From contig CAWGHO010000003.1 in the NCBI GenBank assembly GCA_963822445.1, positions 1,280,001-1,344,000 of the forward strand: a DNA stretch of 64,000 nt, in the 5' to 3' direction. Within the stretch, counting starts at the first letter, position 1; every line of letters begins with the position of its first letter. The position numbers and the translations under genes are program-made. Below the pieces are notes generated by a model. That model had not been told where the DNA came from and did no database searches. It saw only the letters and a program-made list of their open reading frames with translations. Of the stretch, positions 48,426-56,379 are shown piece after piece. This stretch comes from an uncultured Acidobacteriota bacterium (GTDB lineage Bacteria; Acidobacteriota; Thermoanaerobaculia; Gp7-AA8).

Positions 48426-49625
48426 TTAGCGTTTCTTAGCGTGCTCCTCGAGGTCTTCCAATGTGCCCTTGAAGGTGAATGTGATTGTCGATCCACCGTC
48501 CTTGACCTCCTGCTCGAGCGACACACGCGACCAGCCGTGAGGAAGTTGCTCGAACTTCGTCAGCCAGAGAGGGTAGGAACCGAACGTGTCGTCGAAGTTC
48601 GCGTTCCACGAATCAGTCGTCACGTAAATGAACGGACGCTTTCCGGTGAGCTGCCGGATTCGGTCGAGGTATCGATGCAAGCGGGCACTGAGGTCTTTCG
48701 TTGGTTGATTGCCGCTTTGAAGCGGCGATACGTTCACTCCTAACAGCACGTCGTACTCCGACGGTTTGACAGTCTGGATGAATCGGTCCGCTTGTGCTAT
48801 CGGATCGCGTATGTCGTATAACACCTGATAGGCTCCGCCAATCAGATTTCGAGAGCGCACTTCCTCCCGCATTCGCGAAAACTCCGGTTGATCGGCATCG
48901 ACGAAGGCGAAGGACACATCTCGTAGCTCCGGATTGGCCCAATCACGGTTCTTCATATATCCGACGTCGACTCCCACGGGGTTGATTGTCGACACCAGTG
49001 GTGGCGACGGTGAAGGCGCGCGTCCGGTATTGGACGTATCGGTCCCTACATCGGCGCCCACCCATTTCTTCGTGGCCATGAAGACCAAGGCCAGCGCCAG
49101 CATCACCGCGAGAGCTGCAAAGACGGTCCGTTGCGTGAACAGCGGCGACGGGTTCCGCTTCTTCCGTCGCACGATCTCCTTACGGATTGACTTGGCGAGA
49201 TGCTCATAATCGGCACGCCAGTGACGGTCCGTCATCTCCATCATCTGCCGGCCCAGGAACGACTTTAACTCGCCCGGCAGAACTGCGGCACTTGGCAACG
49301 TGGCGTCGTTGACGAGCACTGGAATGATCCGCACGTCGCGTTCGAGCGCGCTGGAGATCTCGCGGCGCACGATATCCTCCGGATCGGCCAGCCGAGCCGG
49401 CCGCCAGTTGGTACCGATCATGACTATGAGCGCCGCACACGATTCGAGCCGCTCATCGATGACCTGCTTCCAGTCGTCCCCTGCGTCAATGCCACCGCCG
49501 CGGTCGAAGAACACGTTGTCTTCGCCGAAGTCATTGCACAAGGCGTCGTTCAATCGCCCGGCGTACGCTCCAGTATCGTCGCGTCGATAGCAGATGAAGA
49601 TTTGCCGGGCCGGTCTAGCTCGCAT
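48426..49625 (-). CDS. TIR domain - transmembrane helix - GH25 muramidase-like domain with degenerate catalytic residues
   Basis: TIR: IFICYRRDD...FGEDNVFFD...IDAGDDW...VRREI..AL...IIPVLV. TM: TVFAALAVMLALALVFMAT. GH25-like: GVDV..DW...VSFAFV...GAYQ...AQADRF...TGKRPFIY...W...F.SYPLWL. Start taken at MRARP (49625). Confidence 0.85.
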   Translation of the reverse strand: MRARPARQIFICYRRDDTGAYAGRLNDALCNDFGEDNVFFDRGGGIDAGDDWKQVIDERLESCAALIVMIGTNWRPARLADPEDIVRREISSALERDVRIIPVLVNDATLPSAAVLPGELKSFLGRQMMEMTDRHWRADYEHLAKSIRKEIVRRKKRNPSPLFTQRTVFAALAVMLALALVFMATKKWVGADVGTDTSNTGRAPSPSPPLVSTINPVGVDVGYMKNRDWANPELRDVSFAFVDADQPEFSRMREEVRSRNLIGGAYQVLYDIRDPIAQADRFIQTVKPSEYDVLLGVNVSPLQSGNQPTKDLSARLHRYLDRIRQLTGKRPFIYVTTDSWNANFDDTFGSYPLWLTKFEQLPHGWSRVSLEQEVKDGGSTITFTFKGTLEDLEEHAKKR

Positions 49626-49697
49626 CAGGGTTTCGGTTCGACGTTTACCACATTGTCGATCGGAATCACAGTTCAGGGAACCTGCGGAGGACGATCG

Positions 49698-49770
49698 GGC
49701 CGACGGATGATGTAGGCGCTTTAGCGCCGCACCGAAGCCGAGCCGCGACGCCTTCTGGCAGTAGTTGAGC
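49698..49770 (-). mobile_element. Degenerate, shortened attC site of the same family as those at 53.6-56.3 kb
   Basis: + strand end CTTCTGGCAGTAGTTGAGC matches CTTCTGGCAGTAGTTAGGC of the 56145-56343 site. The other end, GGCCGAC, matches the 53651 copy. AGGCG/CGCCT can pair. Confidence 0.6.
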
Positions 49771-49907
49771 GCCGGCCGAACGGAACCACTTCTTCGTGGC
49801 CTCAGCGAGTTCCGGTCGGCGGGGCTCAAGCGTCACGACGATCGGGATGCTCACTTTCCTTCTCGCGCAGGTACTTGCACAAAGCCGCCAGGGCCACCAA
49901 GAAATAG

Positions 49908-50282
49908 TCAAGGCTCGAAATCAGGGTCACCCAGTTCAATGTAGCGGCGGAAGCGTCCGTCTACAAAGATAATCTCGCAGTCGAAGCTGTCCGTCACACC
50001 CGATGGGTCAAGGCAGGCCTGCAGCGTGGTGGGAGTCTTATCGCTACCGAGGCTGACCAATTAGTAGCTTCGACCTTTCGTCGTGACGACGTATGGGGTA
50101 CCCCACGGATCCTCGATTGGAAGAGCTGTACCGAGCAATCTATTCGCGTGCGCCACGCCCGAGAGCGTCGGATACCCATTTACTGTCGACAGAACTGCCG
50201 CCTTCCAGGACCGTCGTCGAACGAGCACGTAACCAGCCACCGCAGGAATGATCACGAGCGCTATCAAGACCGCGAAAATCAA
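49908..50282 (-). pseudogene. GspG/pseudopilin-like C-terminal-domain gene remnant with an in-frame stop
   Basis: Reading through the TAA at 50061-50063 gives LPIEDPWGTPY...GRSY*LVSLGSD...TDSFDCEIIFVDGRF. The 5' end is truncated. Confidence 0.55.
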
Positions 50283-50327
50283 AGGATATGTGATGGCCGA
50301 ATATTAGCGTGGCGTACCGGTCTGGCA

Positions 50328-50435
50328 GTGATCGAGGGCCAGCCGATTGGGCCTGCAGCGGAAGGTTCGGTACCTGCCTAGGTTTTCACTCGCTCGCGGT
50401 TACAGAAATGAGAGCTCTTGTAGTCGGTGTCTCCG
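50328..50435 (+). repeat. 108-bp direct repeat, right copy
   Basis: See 48318-48425. Confidence 0.92.
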
Positions 50436-50980
50436 AGGGAGTTCGAAAAGTGCATGACGCACGTTCGATCGGGACAGTGGGCGAATCCGAAGGTGTGGCC
50501 CAACTCGTGAGCGGTCTCCTTGACGACCCGCTCGCGAAGCCGGCCAGGATCTTCGGGCCATCCTCGGAATGACTCGCGAAGACGCGGCAGAGCGACCACT
50601 GCGAACCGGCCCGGCTTCTGGGCCTGGCCGAAGATGAAGTTGAGCCCTGGCGCGTACGCATCGGCATCGATGATTCCGACGATCCGATCGGCATCCGCAA
50701 CGTCCTGCCGCGCGAGGTCTTCGAGAAGAGCGGTCCCTCGATATTGCCGCCGCGACGGATCGAGCGCTTGTTCGGGGAGAGGCACCGCGGCTCCGACGAC
50801 GACGTCCCGTTTCACGATCGCCGGTAACTCTCTCTGCAGATGGCTCAGAACATCCTGCGGAACTGGTCCAATGGGGATGATGACGATGCGGCGCGACACC
50901 TGGCGATCGTCGCCCGAACAGCCGATGAGGGCAAGAACGACGACTACGAACCGCGCAATGCGCCCGGGGATGTTCGTCAT
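50378..50980 (-). CDS. Archaemetzincin-family (M54) Zn metalloprotease, predicted lipoprotein
   Basis: RRQY, DAYAPGLNFIFGQA, HELGHTFGFAHC...CVMHFSNSL.DTD.K..FC motifs. Lipobox LIG-C follows MTNIPGRIARFVVVVLA. Confidence 0.9.
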   Translation of the reverse strand: MTNIPGRIARFVVVVLALIGCSGDDRQVSRRIVIIPIGPVPQDVLSHLQRELPAIVKRDVVVGAAVPLPEQALDPSRRQYRGTALLEDLARQDVADADRIVGIIDADAYAPGLNFIFGQAQKPGRFAVVALPRLRESFRGWPEDPGRLRERVVKETAHELGHTFGFAHCPDRTCVMHFSNSLGDTDYKSSHFCNRERVKT

Positions 50981-51083
50981 GGAATGATGACGCTTACGGA
51001 CGATTACAGGTTTCGTCCTGCCTCGGCCACCGCAAGAAATCGATATAACAACCATCCGTTGGTGATGGGGCGATCAGCACCGC

Positions 51084-51245
51084 ACCAAGCGGTGGCATCC
51101 TGCCCTGCAGCATTCCGTGAAGCGTTCCGGGACGATACAGATCGAAGTAGTCGCCGTAGACGTAACAGAACATCACGCTCACCCATAGACTGGCAATCTT
51201 CAGTCGCACGGATGCAGGCGCGTCGTGAAGCGTGTTCGATTTCAT
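51084..51245 (-). pseudogene. N-terminal fragment of a DUF6326-like membrane protein
   Basis: MKSNTLHDAPASVRLKIASLWVSVMFCYVYGDYFDLYRPGTLHGMLQGRMPPLG, after which the similarity is lost. Confidence 0.6.
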
Positions 51246-51298
51246 GGGCTTCCGGTCGTTACGGTGAGGTGAGACCAGCGCGGATGAAGCCAGGCAGC

Positions 51299-51949
51299 CT
51301 ATGTGTCGGCAGGCGCGTCGTCCCAGTCCATGACCTGCCGATCGCATATCCATTCGAGCGCCTTTCGGCGTTCCACGATGACATCGAGGTTGAAGACGCC
51401 GGTATCGTAACCCCCTAGTTGCCCGTCGCGCGCGTACCAGTGCGCACGGTAATACAAGTCGAGCATCGGGTAAATCTGATCGAAAGGACGGAGAGAGAAG
51501 CGAGCACGAAACCGTTCCCCGGTTTCGCCGACCTGCAGATTCGGAAGTAGCGACGCCAGATGGTCACCCACGGGCTGAGGGATCGGAACGTCCGGTATGA
51601 GCTGGCCGGCCCACACCAGAGTCCAGAGAGATTCTACGTACCAATAGAGATCGACCTTGTCCTGTTCGCTCAACTGGGCGTTCGATCTCCGAAGAATCTG
51701 CGACTCACGCCGGGAGAGAGAACCTCGAAGACCATTGGATGTGATCCACCCGTCGATGACGTTTATCGGCGCGCCAAAGTAGATCTGCAGTAACGCATTC
51801 ATGACCAATGCGCGATCGGCGACCTGTCCGGATTCGCGCGGCTGCGTCCTGTCGAGCCAGGGGAGCGCGTCGAGAACCTCTCCTCCCAGGGTTCGGATGA
51901 TGCGCTCGGATTCCGCTTTGACGTCGTGAGGCAGGGTGCTGTTTGCCAT
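51299..51949 (-). CDS. DUF4272 domain protein
   Basis: LP.L...R....VADRAL, W.VESLW.L.WA, LDLYYRAHWYARD, VIVERRKALEW, WDD...DT motifs. Confidence 0.85.
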   Translation of the reverse strand: MANSTLPHDVKAESERIIRTLGGEVLDALPWLDRTQPRESGQVADRALVMNALLQIYFGAPINVIDGWITSNGLRGSLSRRESQILRRSNAQLSEQDKVDLYWYVESLWTLVWAGQLIPDVPIPQPVGDHLASLLPNLQVGETGERFRARFSLRPFDQIYPMLDLYYRAHWYARDGQLGGYDTGVFNLDVIVERRKALEWICDRQVMDWDDAPADT

Positions 51950-52012
51950 GCGCGAATGTTCGCACGACGGCAGGTCGCCGTCAGAGAACGTCTATGCCTC
52001 GAGATGCACCCG

Positions 52013-53482
52013 CTATTTTCTCACCGACCGACGACGCGGCCGGTCGTCGTCATAGAGCGTCAAGGTCAGGATGTTGGTCTCGAGGACGGAGCCGCCGGTC
52101 GGACTCGCCAGCGTGATGATGACGGTCTTCGAGTCGCCGATTACTTCGTTGTTGAAGACCGGAACCGTAAACGTCTTGCTGGCGGCATCACCATCAATCC
52201 AGCTCAAGACACCGCTCACACTCTGATAGTCGATCCCATCTACAGCGGTGCCGCCCGTGACGGCATACGCCACGCTCACCGCGCCGTCGGAGCCGTCGGT
52301 TCGCTGCACCTCGATGGTGGCGCTGCCGGCGCTCTCTACGACGCTGAACGCCGGTGATGAAAAGGACAGCGTTCCAGGTACGGGATCCGCCAATCCGACC
52401 GCTGGCCGGTACACCTGGTTGAGAGTGCTGCCGGAGCTGCCCCCGATACCGGTGCCGCCACCGGTCGCCCAGATCAGACCGTCCACGAAGGCTGAGCCGA
52501 CAATGCCATGAACCGGGATAGGCATGTCGGGGAGTTCTGTCCATGTGTTGGTCTGAGGGTTGTAGTAGTCATGGTCGGGGAACATGCCGGCCGGCCCCTC
52601 GCCGCCCCAGATGTGGAACAAACCGCGGGCCATGACCCCGTTCATGCCGCTGCGGGGTTCCACCATGGGGGCGGCGGTCGTCCAGCTTTGCGTTTGAGGG
52701 TCAAAAACTTCGTGCGCGGTCGTCATGAGGGGCGACAATCCATTGCCTTGCCGCCCGCCGACGTAGTGGATGCGGCCGTTGATCGCCGCGCCGGTGAAGT
52801 GGTTGCGCTGCGTGGGCAGGTTCGGCAGCACCTGCCAGGTATTGGCCGCCGGGTCGTAGACGGCGAAGTCGGATCCACGCGGCAATCGTCCACCGGCGAC
52901 GTAGATCTGGCCGTCGTGCACAACGGCAACGCCGGAGCTGCGCGCCGTGGGCATCGGGGCCTTCGTGACCCATACACCGACGGCGGGATCCAGTTCGTAG
53001 ACGGTGTTCACGTAGCTGTTCGTGTTCGGGGGGTCATCGGCGTTCAACTGGCCGCCGAGGAGGTAGATCTTCCCGTTCACGCTGGCCGCCATCCCGTGGT
53101 TGTTGGGCAGCGGGAGCTGTGGACCGTAGGCCCAGCTGTCAGTGGCGATGTCGTAAATCTGGACCGTACGGGCGGTCACCCGATTCGGCGGATAGCCGCC
53201 CATGAGGTAGAGCTTGCCGTTCGCTTCCGCGAGGGCCAACTCGGAGAGGGGTTCGAGCGTCGAGGCTCGCATCCCCCATTCGCCGGGGGCCGGCTGCTGC
53301 GCTGTCGCCGCCGAGGCGAGGCCGAGCAGTGCGAGGCACGGAGCGATGCGGACGAGAAGCCTCGCAGCGCGAGATGTACGAGAACCCAGTTCAATGACGC
53401 GCCGACGATGAGCAACAACGGCGCTGGTGGCGTCGATCGAGACAGCAGCAAACCTGTTGGTTAGAGTGGCCATTGTGCGCAT
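52013..53482 (-). CDS. Secreted Kelch beta-propeller plus Calx-beta domain protein with a C-terminal RRRSVRK tail
   Basis: Six Kelch-type blades (GKLYLMGG...YD..TD.W...P) and a Calx-beta domain (LSFSSPAFSVVESAG.ATIEV.R..G..GAVSV.Y...GTA..G.DY). The start is uncertain; signal peptide ...LLGLASAATA. Confidence 0.88.
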   Translation of the reverse strand: MRTMATLTNRFAAVSIDATSAVVAHRRRVIELGSRTSRAARLLVRIAPCLALLGLASAATAQQPAPGEWGMRASTLEPLSELALAEANGKLYLMGGYPPNRVTARTVQIYDIATDSWAYGPQLPLPNNHGMAASVNGKIYLLGGQLNADDPPNTNSYVNTVYELDPAVGVWVTKAPMPTARSSGVAVVHDGQIYVAGGRLPRGSDFAVYDPAANTWQVLPNLPTQRNHFTGAAINGRIHYVGGRQGNGLSPLMTTAHEVFDPQTQSWTTAAPMVEPRSGMNGVMARGLFHIWGGEGPAGMFPDHDYYNPQTNTWTELPDMPIPVHGIVGSAFVDGLIWATGGGTGIGGSSGSTLNQVYRPAVGLADPVPGTLSFSSPAFSVVESAGSATIEVQRTDGSDGAVSVAYAVTGGTAVDGIDYQSVSGVLSWIDGDAASKTFTVPVFNNEVIGDSKTVIITLASPTGGSVLETNILTLTLYDDDRPRRRSVRK

Positions 53483-53650
53483 GGAACCGCGAGTTTAATC
53501 TCCGGTCCCGCCTCGCCACGGATTCACATTGGTTACAACCTGCTACGTGCGCTGGGCTGCCCGATCGGATCACAGGAACGACCGACGCTGAGCATTGCGA
53601 GTACGCGGAATTCATGGAAGCGTGCAATACGCGTCACCTGTAATTCGTCC

Positions 53651-53836
53651 GGCCGACGTCTGTCGCCTAAGCTGCGGCGAGCCCCACGCGCGTGCGGGCA
53701 GAGCGGCACGCCGGTCGCCGCGATTGACGTCGACCGATCTGCGAGCGGCGTGCCGCCGCGCATCTTGAAAGAATCGAGGGGCTTCAGCCCCGGGCGCGGT
53801 AAACGGGTCGCTGACGGTTGCTGGCAGGACTTGGGC
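53651..53836 (-). mobile_element. Long attC site with degenerate core boxes (186 bp)
   Basis: + strand GGCCGAC-GTCTGTCGCCTAAGCTGCGGCGA ... CTGGCAGGA-CTTGGGC. Internal stems are homologous to the other copies. Confidence 0.75.
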
Positions 53837-53907
53837 GGCTTTGTCACGGTCTACCCGGACTTGATGTTTCGGGTAGGGATAAATCGTCCGGCGTCACTCC
53901 TATCGAT

Positions 53908-54939
53908 GTGAGCGATGACATCGATCGAAGCTCCATCGCCGAGCAGATCCGCGATGTGCTTCAGAACAACTACAAAGACGTGCGCCACGTTGAGCTTGAG
54001 ACCGCCGCGGCAATCGCGAACCGCGTCATGGGTTGGGCGAAAGTCTTCGGCTTCTTTGCCGGTATTCCACTCGTGCTAATCGCAGTGTGGCTTGGCTGGA
54101 TCGGTTACAAGTCGATCAGCGATTTGGAAAAGCTCCAGGACCAGATTGCCGCGTTGCAGACCGACGTCATATCCAAACAGGCGCAGCTAGCAAAGCTAAA
54201 GGAGCTCGACTCGCTCGAACAGCGGCTAACAAGTCTTGCCACTCGAGTGAAATCGCTCGAAGTGAAATTCAGCGGCTCGGCGGACGTCGGAACCGACGCA
54301 AGGCGCCGTATCGAAGACGTCCTCACTCGATATCAGGCTCATTTCGCCTCCCTCGGGGTCCGTTTCGCCGCGAATCAGGAAACGAACATCCGCATTGAGA
54401 AGTCAGACGTGATGGCCGAGAAGAATTCACTCGCGTATTACGATCCGGAGAAAAATGAGATGGTCGTCAGTGAAGACTATATCGCTAACGACGACGTCGT
54501 GCTCCGCGAGTATACGCACCTCGTTCTCGCGCTCGCAAATCCAGACGCAAAAGCAATGGGCACGCCGAATCTCTATGCACTCGAATCTGGTCTCGCTGAC
54601 TACTTTTCGCGAAGCTTCGCTGGCTCTCCCGCATACGAATCGCTCCCTGAACGCACTCTCGCGAACGACTTGAAAATTCGATCTGCGCGCGACTTCGCTG
54701 ACGCGCACACCGTCGGATTGGCTTGGGGTGCATTCGCGTGGGACTTGCGAGAAAAACTGGGCACAGAAGCCACCGACAGGCTCCTCTTGGAGGTCTGGAA
54801 AACGCCCGGGTGGAGTCGCGCGTCCAATCTCGTCGAGAGCTTTGTAACCGCGCTCTTCAATGTTGATGACGTCTTCAACGAAGGCGCGAACGAGAAATTA
54901 CTCCGGACTCTGCTTGTGAAACACGGCGTCGTGGACTGA
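53908..54939 (+). CDS. Cassette gene: TM helix + coiled coil + gluzincin (M4/M36-like) fold with altered zinc ligands
   Basis: AYY...DVVLREYTHLVL...ALESGLADYF...H..G.AWG...WDLREKLG. The ORF track starts at 53818, inside the attC, so GTG 53908 is more plausible. Confidence 0.75.
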   Translation: MSDDIDRSSIAEQIRDVLQNNYKDVRHVELETAAAIANRVMGWAKVFGFFAGIPLVLIAVWLGWIGYKSISDLEKLQDQIAALQTDVISKQAQLAKLKELDSLEQRLTSLATRVKSLEVKFSGSADVGTDARRRIEDVLTRYQAHFASLGVRFAANQETNIRIEKSDVMAEKNSLAYYDPEKNEMVVSEDYIANDDVVLREYTHLVLALANPDAKAMGTPNLYALESGLADYFSRSFAGSPAYESLPERTLANDLKIRSARDFADAHTVGLAWGAFAWDLREKLGTEATDRLLLEVWKTPGWSRASNLVESFVTALFNVDDVFNEGANEKLLRTLLVKHGVVD

Positions 54940-54985
54940 TACGGCCGAGGGATGTCGAGTCGTGTACTCTGCTCGTCTCGGGTCC

Positions 54986-55180
54986 GCCCAACGTCTATCG
55001 CCTCAGCGGCGGCGAGGCCCCGCGTGCCTACCGGGAAGCGGCGCGCCGCTTGCCGCAACTAACGAGATGTCGGCGGGCGCGATCTGCAAGCGGCGTGACG
55101 CCGTGCATCTTGGGACGAAACAGGGGCTTCAGCCCCGGGTCAGCGAACGGCCCGCCGTCCGCTGCTGGCAGTAGTTAGGC
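54986..55180 (-). mobile_element. Long attC site (195 bp)
   Basis: + strand GCCCAAC...CAGCGG-CGGCG...CGCCG-T-CCGCTG-C-TGG-CAGTA-GTTAGGC, i.e. RYYYAAC/GTTRRRY cores with paired arms and extrahelical bases. Confidence 0.88.
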
Positions 55181-55224
55181 GGCGCCTATACTTGAATCCG
55201 TTCGCGGAGGCGCGACGTTAAATC

Positions 55225-56034
55225 ATGACAGATTCTTCAGTTCTGGAGACGGTTGTGGATGCGGCTCGTCGCCCGGTGATTCCGCTGTTTGCCGCTCGTA
55301 GTCGCCGGCGTTTCGAACACGTCGGTTCCGCCGTTCTCGTCCGAACACGTGCACGTCGATTTGTGATCGTCACGGCCGGTCACGTGCTCGATAACGTAAT
55401 TCCAGATCCGCTTCTGACATGGGGCACGTCCGAGTCGGGTGCGATCCGCCTGCGGTACCGCGACGCGCTAACTAGTGAACCACGCTCGTTCAGACGCCGT
55501 GCCGATCGTGTCGACCTGGCAGCCTTCATCCTCGATGATCGTACAGCCGACAGGCTTAGTTCCATCGGTGCCGTTTTCGTGTCGGAACTCTTGTTCACCG
55601 ACCGTATCAACACTGAGGCGATCTACGCATTCGTAGGATACCCGCGCTCAGTGAACAAGGTTGACCGCGTTAAAACGGCCGGTGGACGCCTCCGGCAAAT
55701 GCTTCCAAATACCGCCGCGTTCATGCCGGCGCAGGCATCCGAACAAAGGGCGTACGAACTTGTGAACGCGATCGCAAGTGTGAACTTCGTTGCGCGGTTT
55801 GATCGTGATAACTCCCAGCGATACGACGACGCGCGAAGGCCTCTACCCGACCCCAACGGAATGAGCGGCGGAGCTGTGTATTGCTTCGGGAACTCCGTCG
55901 CCGATGATTGGTACGCACTCGATCATTTACAGCTTGTGGGTGTTGGCACGGAGTACCACCGACGCGAACGATTATTCGTCGCAGCGAACTCGCGTGCGGT
56001 TCAGCACTTGCTTCGCGCACTTGATCAAAGCTAA
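55225..56034 (+). CDS. Cassette gene: trypsin-like serine protease, no signal peptide
   Basis: Catalytic triad motifs GSAVLV...VTAGHV, VDLAAF, VGYP and PNGMSGGAVY, LVGV..EY. Confidence 0.85.
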   Translation: MTDSSVLETVVDAARRPVIPLFAARSRRRFEHVGSAVLVRTRARRFVIVTAGHVLDNVIPDPLLTWGTSESGAIRLRYRDALTSEPRSFRRRADRVDLAAFILDDRTADRLSSIGAVFVSELLFTDRINTEAIYAFVGYPRSVNKVDRVKTAGGRLRQMLPNTAAFMPAQASEQRAYELVNAIASVNFVARFDRDNSQRYDDARRPLPDPNGMSGGAVYCFGNSVADDWYALDHLQLVGVGTEYHRRERLFVAANSRAVQHLLRALDQS

Positions 56035-56144
56035 CGATCCGATCGCACGCGAACCGCAGCAGGAAATGACCTTGAGCGGCCTCCATGTTGGTCCATTCGC
56101 GGAGCTTCATGGAAGCGTGCGAAAACACAACTTTTGATTCGTCC

Positions 56145-56343
56145 GCCTAACGTCTGTCGCCTAAGCTGCGGCGGGTGCGCGAGTGCAACCGGCTGAGCGG
56201 CGCGGCCGTTGCCGCGACTAACGCCTTTTCAGGCAGGAGCGATCTGCAACGGCCGTGACGCCGCGCAGATTGGAGTCGGCCGAGTCGGCTCGGCCGACGG
56301 GCCACGGAGACAGCCCGCCGACAGCTTCTGGCAGTAGTTAGGC
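56145..56343 (-). mobile_element. Long attC site (199 bp)
   Basis: + strand GCCTAAC...AAGCTG-CGGCGGG...CCCGCCG-A-CAGCTT-C-TGG-CAGTA-GTTAGGC. Confidence 0.9.
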
Positions 56344-56379
56344 GGCTCCATTCATACTAAACAGTGTCGTAAGCGATCC

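Noticed and set aside
49626-49829. 68-aa N-terminal extension of the TIR ORF in the ORF track
   Set aside because: It runs through the attC remnant and has no domain features. The TIR domain begins right after Met at 49625.
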